A stretch of 20,000 nucleotides of DNA from Candidatus Tectimicrobiota bacterium (GTDB lineage Bacteria; JACPUC01), in the NCBI GenBank assembly GCA_016192455.1, contig JACPUC010000007.1, forward strand, positions 48,720 to 68,719. The letters are read 5' to 3'. The notes under the pieces were generated by a model. The model was given only the letters and a program-made list of their open reading frames with translations, did not search any database and had not been told where the DNA came from. Of the stretch, positions 9,515 to 17,477 are shown piece by piece. The stretch's first letter is position 1. The number at the start of each line of letters is the position of its first letter. A program made the translations under genes and the position numbers.

Positions 9515-10053
9515 CGCAAGGCGGACCATCCATGGCTGACCGCATCTGGGCAGGCTGGCGGATGCAGTACGTGGCAGGACTGAAAGACGGGGTGTGCGTC
9601 TTCTGCGACCGGCCCACCCAACCACCTGAGAACGATGACGCGAACCTCATCATGCGGCGCGACGCCCGTTGCTTCATCATGATGAACCGCTACCCGTACT
9701 CGAATGGCCACCTCATGATCATCCCGTACGAGCATGCGGCGAGCCTCGTCGATCTGCCCCGCGCGGTGCTCCATGAGATGATCCACCTGACGCAGCTCTG
9801 CGAACAGGTGCTGCAGCAGGTTTACGCGCCGGATGGCTTTAACATCGGCATCAATCTCGGCGCCGCGGCCGGCGCCGGCATCGCCAACCACCTCCACATG
9901 CACATCGTGCCGCGCTGGGTGGGAGACTCGAACTTCATCACCACCCTCGGCAATGTGCGCGTCATCCCGGAGTTCTTGGAGGATACCTATCGACGTTTGA
10001 AACCGGTCTTCGAGAGTCTGAGCGCGGCGGGCAGCAAACGTGAGCTTCGTTAA
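9511..10053 (+). CDS. HIT-family nucleotide hydrolase/phosphorylase (FHIT/Ap4A phosphorylase-like)
   Basis: IWAGWRMQY, CVFC, NRYPYSNGHLMI, GFNIGINLG..AGAGI and histidine triad HLHMHIVPRW. Start at 9511 (ATGA overlap with ybeY) or 9532. Confidence 0.9.
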   Translation: MTQGGPSMADRIWAGWRMQYVAGLKDGVCVFCDRPTQPPENDDANLIMRRDARCFIMMNRYPYSNGHLMIIPYEHAASLVDLPRAVLHEMIHLTQLCEQVLQQVYAPDGFNIGINLGAAAGAGIANHLHMHIVPRWVGDSNFITTLGNVRVIPEFLEDTYRRLKPVFESLSAAGSKRELR

Positions 10054-10441
10054 GTTCGTTGCCGCCGTCATCCTCTTGTTCCTGATCGCCAGTTTTGGCG
10101 TGAAGAACATGCAGCCGCTGACGCTGGCCTACTTCTTCGGAGACCACAGCGTCCAGCTCCCGACCTTCTTCGCGCTGCTCTTCTCGGTGCTTATCGGGGC
10201 CGTGCTCTCGTGCGCCTTCTTTGGCGTGAGACACCTGCGTTTGCTGCGACAGACAAAGCACTTGGAACGCCAGGTGCGAAACCTCCAGGAGGAACTCGCG
10301 CGCGCCGTCGCTGCTGTTCCGGCAACTCCTGCCGCAGCCAAGCAGCCCCAGGAAGCGACACCGTCCCCCGTGACGCCCGCCGCGGAACCGCGCGCCGACC
10401 ATACCGCCGCCTCGCAAGCGCTCGGCAACCGCGACGGGTAG
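10040..10441 (+). CDS. lapA: LapA-domain membrane protein (lipopolysaccharide assembly protein A family)
   Basis: Two hydrophobic helices separated by F.VKN.QP.TL.YFF, then a coiled-coil (LERQVRNLQEEL) and an Ala/Pro-rich tail. GTG start overlaps the end of the HIT gene. Confidence 0.72.
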   Translation: MSFVKFVAAVILLFLIASFGVKNMQPLTLAYFFGDHSVQLPTFFALLFSVLIGAVLSCAFFGVRHLRLLRQTKHLERQVRNLQEELARAVAAVPATPAAAKQPQEATPSPVTPAAEPRADHTAASQALGNRDG

Positions 10442-10570
10442 AGCCCACCATCAGCCCCTCCTGGCGCCTCCTGTCTCGTTGAAACCCTGATCCTCGCGGC
10501 TTCAGCCTCCCCACTCCCGGCGAGCGAACCTGACGCGAGCGGAAAAAATCACCCGCGGGCTACTTTCGCC

Positions 10571-10599
10571 TTGAGAATGCTGGGAACTCTTCCTATAGT
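10571..10599 (+). promoter_or_regulatory. Putative sigma70 promoter of the ABC transporter operon
   Basis: TTGAGA-17 nt-TATAGT, each hexamer one mismatch from consensus, in an AT-richer patch about 90 nt upstream of the binding-protein gene. Confidence 0.75.
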
Positions 10600-10603
10600 G
10601 ATG

Positions 10604-10626
10604 TTACCTATACCCCTGATAGGTAA
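10604..10626. promoter_or_regulatory. Inverted repeat at the predicted transcription start (candidate operator)
   Basis: TTACCTAT-acccctg-ATAGGTAA, perfect 8 bp arms, beginning 5 nt after the -10 hexamer. Confidence 0.55.
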
Positions 10627-10685
10627 ATTGCCCGGGAAGGGGAACCGGGTTTCCCCGTCTCCCTGAGTTGCAAATTGGACCGGAC

Positions 10686-11570
10686 ATGATTGGACGCCTG
10701 AAGCAATGCTCTCCCCACGCCATCCTTCCGGCGGTTGCCGCGCTCTTCCTCATGCTCGTTCCTGCCGCTGGCGGGAGCGCCGAGGTCAAGGAGCTGCGGG
10801 TTTCGGCGATCCCCGATGAAGCGCCCACCGAACTGCTGCGCAAGTTCCAGCCTCTGGCGGCGTACCTCGAGGCGCAGCTCGGCATGAAGGTGAAGTTCAT
10901 CCCCCTGCTCGACTACGCCGCCACCGTCGAAGCCCTGGCGGCGAAGAAGGTGGAGATGGTCTGGTATGGCGGCTTCACGCACGTGCAGGCGCGCCGGCGG
11001 ACGGGGAATGCTCTCGCCCTGGTGCAGCGCCTAGAGGACACCGCCTTCCACAGCAAGTTTATCGCCAACGCCGACAGCGGCATCACCTCCCTGGGGGACC
11101 TGAAGGGGAAGACCTTCACCTTCGGGAGTGTCAGCTCCACCTCCGGCCATCTCATGCCGCGTTACTACCTCCTGAAGCAGGGCGTCGTGCCGGAGCGTGA
11201 CTTCGGCAAGTTCAGCTACAGCGGCGCCCACGACGCCACGGCAAAGTGGGTGGAGAGCGGCAAGGTTCAGGCTGGGGTGCTCAATGAAAGCGTCTGGCAG
11301 AAACTCCTGGAAGCAGGGAAGGTTGATCCCTCAAAGGTGAAGGTCATCTGGACGACACCTCCCTACTTCGACTACAACTGGACGGTCCGCGGCGATCTCG
11401 ATCGGCTGCTGCAGTCGAAGATCGTGAAGGCGTTCCTCACTCTTGACGAGGCGAACCCCGAGCAGAAGAAGATCCTGGACCTGCAGCGCACGCGCGGCTA
11501 CGTCATCGCCACCGAGGACGACTACCGCGGTATCGAGGAGGCCGCCACGGCGGCGGGCCTGTTGAAGTGA
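10686..11570 (+). CDS. phnD: PhnD/PtxB-family ABC substrate-binding protein (phosphite/phosphonate; 'putative selenate' clade)
   Basis: Signal peptide, then LRVSAIPDE, DYAATVEAL, WYGGFT, FGSVSSTSGHLMPRYYL, SGAHDAT and TPPYFDYNW motifs. Confidence 0.88.
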   Translation: MIGRLKQCSPHAILPAVAALFLMLVPAAGGSAEVKELRVSAIPDEAPTELLRKFQPLAAYLEAQLGMKVKFIPLLDYAATVEALAAKKVEMVWYGGFTHVQARRRTGNALALVQRLEDTAFHSKFIANADSGITSLGDLKGKTFTFGSVSSTSGHLMPRYYLLKQGVVPERDFGKFSYSGAHDATAKWVESGKVQAGVLNESVWQKLLEAGKVDPSKVKVIWTTPPYFDYNWTVRGDLDRLLQSKIVKAFLTLDEANPEQKKILDLQRTRGYVIATEDDYRGIEEAATAAGLLK

Positions 11571-11644
11571 CGGCACCCCTCCATACCATGCCGTTACGCT
11601 CCCCGGAGCCTTCTGGTTTGAGAGCGTACGATGCGGGGAGCGCG

Positions 11645-12538
11645 ATGAGTCAAGCACCTGCCACCTCCCAGGCGATGAGCGGCACGACCGCCTGCATCCT
11701 GCGGCTCCATCTGCTGAGCAAGCGCTTCGGCAGCCAGCAGGCAGCAGTGCAGGGCATCACCTTGAACGTGCGGCGCGGCGAAACGATCGCCGTCATCGGG
11801 CCGAGCGGCGCCGGCAAGACGACGCTCTTCCGCATGTTGAACCTCAGCCTGCCGCCGACCTCCGGCTCCATCATCTTTGCTGGATCGCCGGTCGCCTCGC
11901 TGGGTCCCAAGCAGCTTCGCGCCGTGCGGCGGCGCATCGGCAGCATCTACCAGCAGCATCACCTCGTGGGGCGGCTGCGGGTGCTGCACAACGTGCTGAG
12001 CGGGCGACTCGGCCGCTGGCCTACCTGGCGCGCGCTCCTCTCCCTCGTGTACCCCCTGGACCTCGGCGATGCGGCGGCGGCGTTGCGCGCCGTGGGGCTG
12101 GCCGACAAGCTCTACGAACGCACCGATCACTTGAGCGGCGGCCAGCAGCAGCGGGTCGCCCTGGCGCGCGTGCTCCTGCAGGATGCCGACCTCATCCTGG
12201 CGGACGAGCCGGTCGCCTCGGTCGATCCCCAGCTTGCCGATGAGATCGTTGAGCTCCTCGTCACCTTGGGCCGCGAAGCGGGCAAGACCCTCATCGTGTC
12301 GCTGCACCACGTCGGTCTGGCCCTGCGCTACTTCAGCCGCGTCCTCGGCCTGCGCGACGGCGAGATCACCTTTGACTGCCGCCCGGATGAGGTGACCCCC
12401 CTCATGCTGGCGGAGCTCTACGGCGGCGATCGCGTCTTCGGGGGTCGCTCCAGGCAAGCGGATCACGCCAGCGCCGCGCCGGCGATGCCTCTTCCCACCA
12501 CCTGCCTCCACTTCCAGCCTCCCGCCACGGCCACATGA
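11645..12538 (+). CDS. phnC: PhnC-like ABC transporter ATPase
   Basis: Walker A GPSGAGKTT, NVLSGRLG, signature LSGGQQQRVA, Walker B ILADEPVASVDP, H-loop VSLH. Start uncertain: ATG 11645 has a GGGGAG SD, GTG 11567 overlaps the phnD stop. Confidence 0.9.
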   Translation: MSQAPATSQAMSGTTACILRLHLLSKRFGSQQAAVQGITLNVRRGETIAVIGPSGAGKTTLFRMLNLSLPPTSGSIIFAGSPVASLGPKQLRAVRRRIGSIYQQHHLVGRLRVLHNVLSGRLGRWPTWRALLSLVYPLDLGDAAAALRAVGLADKLYERTDHLSGGQQQRVALARVLLQDADLILADEPVASVDPQLADEIVELLVTLGREAGKTLIVSLHHVGLALRYFSRVLGLRDGEITFDCRPDEVTPLMLAELYGGDRVFGGRSRQADHASAAPAMPLPTTCLHFQPPATAT

Positions 12539-13383
12539 GCAGCGCACCCCTCGACCCGCAGCATCCGCGGCAGCCGCTTCCCTACCTGAAGCTGCTGCTG
12601 GCCCTCGTCGCCTTCGGCGCCGCCTGGCGTCTGACGGAAATGCAGCCCTCCGCGCTGTTCGCGGCGGAAGGGCGGCGCAACATGCTCGCCTTCATCGGCG
12701 GCATGTTCCCACCCGATCTTTCGGTCGACTTCCTTCAGCGCATGCTCGGGCCGCTCCTGACGACCATCCAGCTCTCCATCGCCGGCATGGTGCTGGCCAT
12801 CCTCATCGGCCTGGCGCTGGCGCTGCCCGCCGCCCGCACGCTGCGGTTCGCCGGGGTGCTGCACGAGGTCGCCCTGCGCCGGCGCCGGCGCTGGCTCCTT
12901 GCCGTGCTCCCCTACGCAGGCGCGCGCGGCCTCCTCAACCTCCTGCGCGCCGTGCCGGAGCTGGTGTGGGCACTCATCTTCGTGCGCGCCGTGGGGCTTG
13001 GCGCCTTCCCCGGCGTCCTTGCCATTGGCGTCGCCTACGGCGGCATCTTGGGGAAAATCTACGCCGAGATTATCGAGGGGGTGGCGCCGCAGCCGCTCGA
13101 GACGCTGCAGAGCACGGGGGCCGGCAAGCTCGCTGTCTTCTGCTACGGCATTGTGCCGCAGGCGCTGCCGCACGCCGTCTCCTACACGCTCTATCGCTGG
13201 GAGTGCGCCATCCGCGCCTCGGCGGTCCTCGGCTTCGTCGGCGCCGGCGGCATCGGCCAGGAGATCGAGCTGTCGATGCGCATGTTCAACTTCCACGAGG
13301 TCATGACACTCCTCATGATGGTGTTCGGCCTCGTGGCGATCACCGATCTCATCAGCGCCGCGGTGCGGCGGCGGCTGCGCTAG
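12535..13383 (+). CDS. phnE: PhnE/PtxC-like ABC permease 1
   Basis: FPPDL, RAVPELVWALIFVRAVGLG, GILGKIYAE and YRWECAIRASAVLGFVGAGGIG motifs; ATGA overlap with phnC. Confidence 0.92.
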   Translation: MSSAPLDPQHPRQPLPYLKLLLALVAFGAAWRLTEMQPSALFAAEGRRNMLAFIGGMFPPDLSVDFLQRMLGPLLTTIQLSIAGMVLAILIGLALALPAARTLRFAGVLHEVALRRRRRWLLAVLPYAGARGLLNLLRAVPELVWALIFVRAVGLGAFPGVLAIGVAYGGILGKIYAEIIEGVAPQPLETLQSTGAGKLAVFCYGIVPQALPHAVSYTLYRWECAIRASAVLGFVGAGGIGQEIELSMRMFNFHEVMTLLMMVFGLVAITDLISAAVRRRLR

Positions 13384-13407
13384 CGGCAGCCGAAGCGGGG
13401 CCTGTCG

Positions 13408-14301
13408 ATGGGTGCTTCCCAGGCGGCGCCTTCCCAGAAGTTCTTCACCTCGAACACCGCCGCGCTTCCCCCCTCTGCGCCGGCGCGGGCCTGGTGGACT
13501 TGGCTGCTGGCCCTCGGGGTGGCGGCACTGATCTGGTGGAGCTTTCGAGGCGTCGGCGTGGACCTCGGCATGCTCCTCGGCAGCGAGAGCCGCCGCCAGA
13601 TGCTCAGCTACCTGCTCGATCTCTACCCTCCGGACCTCACCTCGGCGACGGTGCGCAGCGCCCTCTGGGGCAGCATCGAGACCCTGGCGATCTCCCTCAT
13701 GGGCACCCTCCTTGCCGTCCTCATCGCGCTGCTCATGGTGGGCGGCGCCAGCCGCGCCCTGACGACGAGCGGCGTTCTTTTCACGATGCCAGGCGCCGGC
13801 CGCGGACGGCGCCTGACGCTGCTCGGCCTCTCCTTGCTGGCGCGCGGCATCCTGAACATCCTGCGAGCCATTCCGGAGCTCATCTGGGCGCTCATCTTCA
13901 TCCTGGCTGTCGGCCTTGGACCTTTCGCCGGCGTCCTGGCGCTCGGCGTCCACACCGGCGGCGTGCTCGGCAAGCTTTACGCCGAGACGGTGGAGAGCCT
14001 CGATCCGCAACCGCTGGAGGCGCTCCAGGCCACCGGAGCGGGCAAGGTCGCCATCTTCCTTTACGGCATGCTGCCGCAGGCGGCGCCGCACTTCCTCGCC
14101 TATGGCCTCTACCGCTGGGAGGTGAACATCCGCGCCGCCGCCATCCTCGGCTTCGTCGGCGCCGGCGGCCTGGGCAAGCAGATGTACGTCTCCCTCAGCC
14201 TCTTCCACCACCACCAACTATTGACGCAGCTTCTCGCCCTCTTCGTGCTGGTGACGTTCGTTGATGCGGTGAGCACCTGGCTGCGCCGTCGGCTCTCCTG
14301 A
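13408..14301 (+). CDS. phnE: PhnE/PtxC-like ABC permease 2
   Basis: YPPDL, RAIPELIWALIF, HTGGVLGKLYAE and YRWEVNIRAAAILGFVGAGGLG motifs; paralog of the preceding gene. Confidence 0.92.
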   Translation: MGASQAAPSQKFFTSNTAALPPSAPARAWWTWLLALGVAALIWWSFRGVGVDLGMLLGSESRRQMLSYLLDLYPPDLTSATVRSALWGSIETLAISLMGTLLAVLIALLMVGGASRALTTSGVLFTMPGAGRGRRLTLLGLSLLARGILNILRAIPELIWALIFILAVGLGPFAGVLALGVHTGGVLGKLYAETVESLDPQPLEALQATGAGKVAIFLYGMLPQAAPHFLAYGLYRWEVNIRAAAILGFVGAGGLGKQMYVSLSLFHHHQLLTQLLALFVLVTFVDAVSTWLRRRLS

Positions 14302-14468
14302 ACCTGGGAGGTGCGCCGCGCCGCCCCGCCCTCTGGCGCTGGGCGAGGGCTCCGTAACCGCATGGCGGCGGCAGGGGAGGGGGCCGCCGGCGCCGAGCAG
14401 CGTTCACGCGCAAGCTCCCTGGAAGGTCGGGCAGGGCAGGGGGGGCCCCTTACCTGGGAGCCCGCCGC

Positions 14469-14497
14469 TTGCCGGCTACGGGAGCGAAGGCTATACT
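14469..14497 (+). promoter_or_regulatory. Putative sigma70 promoter of the aldolase gene
   Basis: TTGCCG-17 nt-TATACT, about 65 nt upstream of the ATG, which has an AGAGGAG SD. Confidence 0.65.
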
Positions 14498-14561
14498 AAA
14501 CCTACGGCTCGGTCCAGGACCCCGATCTCCCACCTGATCGCAGTCAGAGGAGTATCGCGAC

Positions 14562-15944
14562 ATGCTCCATACAACACCGCAAGCGATGGATGCAGCGTTA
14601 GGCCACCTGGTGCGTCGCGGCAACGGCTCGATGTCGATCCTGCATGAGGGCCGCTTCCGCAGCGAGGCCCTCGACCTGCTGGCGCGCCACGCGGTCTTTG
14701 CCTCGGGGAAGGTGCGGGAGCATGCGCGCTGGCTGCTGCGGGCGGCGGCGCCGCGGCTCGGCGTTTACCCGATGTCGATCCAGCATCTCTACGAGGCCCG
14801 CGGCCGCGGTGAGTGCGGCGGCTTCACGGTGCCGGCGATCAACATCCGCGGCCTCACCTACGACGTGGCGCGCGCCATCTGCCGCGCCGCCCTGAAGCAC
14901 GCCGCGGGAGCCGTCATCTTCGAGATCGCGCGCTCGGAAGTCGACTACACGGCCCAGCGTCCGGCGGAGTACGCCAGCGTGGTGCTGGCCGCCGCCATGC
15001 GCGAAGGGTTCGAAGGACCGCTCTTCATCCAGGGGGATCACTTCCAGATCAACGCCAAGAAGTTCGCCGCCGATCCCGACAAGGAGACGAAGGCGGTGCG
15101 CGCGCTCGTTTCCGAGGCGATCGCGGCCGGCTTCTACAACATTGACATCGACACCTCCACGCTGGTGGACCTGTCGAAGCCGACGATCGAGGAACAGCAG
15201 CGCGTCAATTTCACGCTGGCGGCGGAGCTGACGAAGCTGGTGCGCGCCGAGCAGCCGGCCGGCGTGACCATCTCCGTGGGCGGGGAGATCGGTGAGGTGG
15301 GCGGCAAGAACAGCACCGAGGAGGAGTTGCGCGCCTACATGCAGGGCTATCTTGGTGAGCTTGGCAGGGCATCCGTAGGGAAGGGGATCAGCAAGATCAG
15401 CATCCAGACCGGCACGACCCATGGCGGCGTGCCGCTGCCGGACGGTTCGATCGCCAAGGTGAAGCTCGACCTCGACACCTTGCGGCGGCTGTCGGTCGTG
15501 GCCCGCTCCGAGTTCGGGATGGCGGGCGCGGTCCAGCACGGCGCCTCAACGCTGCCGGCGGAGGCGTTCCACCATTTCCCGGAGACCGAGACCGCGGAGG
15601 TGCACCTGGCCACCGAGTTCCAGAACCTCATTTACGAACACCCGGCCTTCCCCGACGAGCTCAAGCAAGAGATCTACGAGCACCTCCGCGGCGCCCATGC
15701 CGACGAGCGCAAAGCGACGGACACGGAGGAGCAGTTTATCTACAAGACGCGCAAGAAAGGGTTCGGCCCCTTCAAGCAGAAACTCTGGGACCTGCCGGAC
15801 GATCTGCGCGGCGCGATCAGCGACACTCTGGAGAAGAAATTCCAGTTCCTCTTCGAGCAGCTCAAGGTGATGAACACCACCGAGCTGGTCGGCAAGTACA
15901 TCAGCAAGGTGGAAACGGCTTTGCCCCCCGCGGTCACCGCTTGA
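14562..15944 (+). CDS. fba: Class II (metal-dependent) fructose-bisphosphate aldolase family protein, long form
   Basis: FTVPAINIR, QGDHFQ, NIDIDTS, GGEIGEVGG, GTTHGG and VQHGASTLP motifs (catalytic Asp and metal-binding His residues); convergent with pfkA. Confidence 0.88.
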   Translation: MLHTTPQAMDAALGHLVRRGNGSMSILHEGRFRSEALDLLARHAVFASGKVREHARWLLRAAAPRLGVYPMSIQHLYEARGRGECGGFTVPAINIRGLTYDVARAICRAALKHAAGAVIFEIARSEVDYTAQRPAEYASVVLAAAMREGFEGPLFIQGDHFQINAKKFAADPDKETKAVRALVSEAIAAGFYNIDIDTSTLVDLSKPTIEEQQRVNFTLAAELTKLVRAEQPAGVTISVGGEIGEVGGKNSTEEELRAYMQGYLGELGRASVGKGISKISIQTGTTHGGVPLPDGSIAKVKLDLDTLRRLSVVARSEFGMAGAVQHGASTLPAEAFHHFPETETAEVHLATEFQNLIYEHPAFPDELKQEIYEHLRGAHADERKATDTEEQFIYKTRKKGFGPFKQKLWDLPDDLRGAISDTLEKKFQFLFEQLKVMNTTELVGKYISKVETALPPAVTA

Positions 15945-16012
15945 TGGAGCGTCGCGTCGAGCTCAGCGCCAGCCGGTTGCCTGAGCCGCTGTGCGGATGC
16001 ATCCACGACGGA

Positions 16013-16056
16013 CGCACTCCAGGGAGCGGGGGTGTGGGGAGCAAAGAATCCCCGCA
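16013..16056. repeat. Short structured repeat shared with the 7.7 kb intergenic element
   Basis: GGGGGTGTGGGGA-GCAAAG at 16028-16046 matches GGGGGTGTGGGGAAGCAAAG at 7752-7771 with a 1 nt indel. Both copies are preceded by CGCAC(C/T)CC and followed by a TCCCC arm. Confidence 0.6.
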
Positions 16057-16070
16057 GAACATCTCCTTCT

Positions 16071-17099
16071 CTACCCAAAGAAGACCTCCGCGAGCGCAAA
16101 CCATTCGCGCGGCACGAGCTTCTTCGTGGCGGTGGCCTCCTTGAGGGGTACCGGCACGATTTCGTTGCCGCGCAGCGCCACCATCATCCCCCATTGCCTC
16201 TCCAGGACGAGACCAATTGCCGCCAGGCCGAAGCGCGTCGCCAGGATGCGGTCGAAGGCGGTGGGGGTGCCGCCGCGCTGCACGTGCCCGAGAATCGTCA
16301 CGCGGGTCTCGATGCCGGTGAGCCGCTCGATCTCCTCGGCCACGAGATGCCCCACGCCGCCGAGGCGCACATGCCCGAACTCATCGAGCTTCATGCTCTG
16401 CTTGATGACATCGGCGGCGAACTCCGGCTTCGCCCCTTCAGCGATCACCACGAGGCTGAAACTCTTCCCTTTTTTTCTCCGCTCGTTGATGATCTCCGCA
16501 ACCTTCGCCATGCGCATTGGGAACTCGGGGATGATGATGCAGTCGGCGCCGCTGGCAAGACCGGCGAAGGTGGCGATCCAGCCGGCATGACGTCCCATCA
16601 CCTCGCAGACCATGATGCGCTGGTGCGACTCCGCCGTGGTGTGCAGCCGGTCGATTGCCTCAGTGGCGATGGAGACCGCGGTGTCGAAGCCAAAGGTGAA
16701 GTCGGTGCTGGCGATGTCGTTATCGATCGTTTTCGGCACCCCCACGACCGGCAGACCGGCCTCGTGGAACTTCGCGGCGACGCTGAGCGTATCATCGCCT
16801 CCCACGGCGATGAGGCCCTGAAGGCCGAACCGTTCCCAGGTCTGCCGGCAGAGCTGCAGGCCATTCGGGTTTTTCATCGGGTTCGTGCGCGAGGTGCCGA
16901 TCAGCGTCCCCCCACGGTCGATAATGCCTGAGACCCGCACCTCGGAGAGAGGCTCCGCCTCCCCGTCAAGCAAGCCCTTCCAGCCATTCAGAATGCCGAG
17001 CACCTCGATGTCGCACTGCAACCCTTTCTTCACGACCGCGCGCAGCACCGCGTTGAGCCCGGGGCAGTCGCCTCCCCCCGTGAGGATTCCGATTCGCAT
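16071..17099 (-). CDS. pfkA: 6-phosphofructokinase, group III (probably PPi-dependent)
   Basis: ILTGGGDCPGLN, GGTLIGTSR, GGDDT, PKTIDND, EVMGRHAGW and LGHVQRGGTP motifs; GGAGGAG SD. Confidence 0.95.
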   Translation of the reverse strand: MRIGILTGGGDCPGLNAVLRAVVKKGLQCDIEVLGILNGWKGLLDGEAEPLSEVRVSGIIDRGGTLIGTSRTNPMKNPNGLQLCRQTWERFGLQGLIAVGGDDTLSVAAKFHEAGLPVVGVPKTIDNDIASTDFTFGFDTAVSIATEAIDRLHTTAESHQRIMVCEVMGRHAGWIATFAGLASGADCIIIPEFPMRMAKVAEIINERRKKGKSFSLVVIAEGAKPEFAADVIKQSMKLDEFGHVRLGGVGHLVAEEIERLTGIETRVTILGHVQRGGTPTAFDRILATRFGLAAIGLVLERQWGMMVALRGNEIVPVPLKEATATKKLVPREWFALAEVFFG

Positions 17100-17477
17100 C
17101 GCACACTCCTCCGCAGACCACCACCGTTCGCCACTTCAGAGATGCGGGCGACACCCGCCGACCCGCCTCTGAAACCCCCCAAAGTAACCCCGCTGAGTTC
17201 CTCCCCGGCAATCTCCACTGCCTGCCGCATGCCCAAGCGATTCCAGCCTCCTAGCGTCATTTCCTCCTGGCGCGGTCGCCGCCAGGGAAGTATGCTCCCT
17301 CTCACGACAATGTAGGCGCCCGGTCCAGCCGCTCGCCAGGCTAATTCTGGCTGCCCGCCCTCTCACCCTTGCCGGTATGAGCCTCCCGCAACCTGGCCAC
17401 GGGGCGCCGGAAACAGGATCGAGGTGCACGCCGCTCCTCGTTGCGCCAAGCAGCAATCCGACGGATGCCATAAACCC

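Noticed and set aside
13195..14180. DNA-level repeats such as TCCTCGGCTTCGTCGGCGCCGGCGGC occurring twice
   Set aside because: They encode the conserved LGFVGAGG motif of the two paralogous permeases and are not a repeat element.
12463..14217. 584 aa minus-strand ORF and 432 aa alternative + frame (12966-14264)
   Set aside because: Shadow frames of the two well-supported phnE genes.
14302..14460. 9 bp direct repeat ACCTGGGAG (14302 and 14452) as a target-site duplication
   Set aside because: No terminal inverted repeats inside, and a 9-mer match is plausible by chance in GC-rich DNA.
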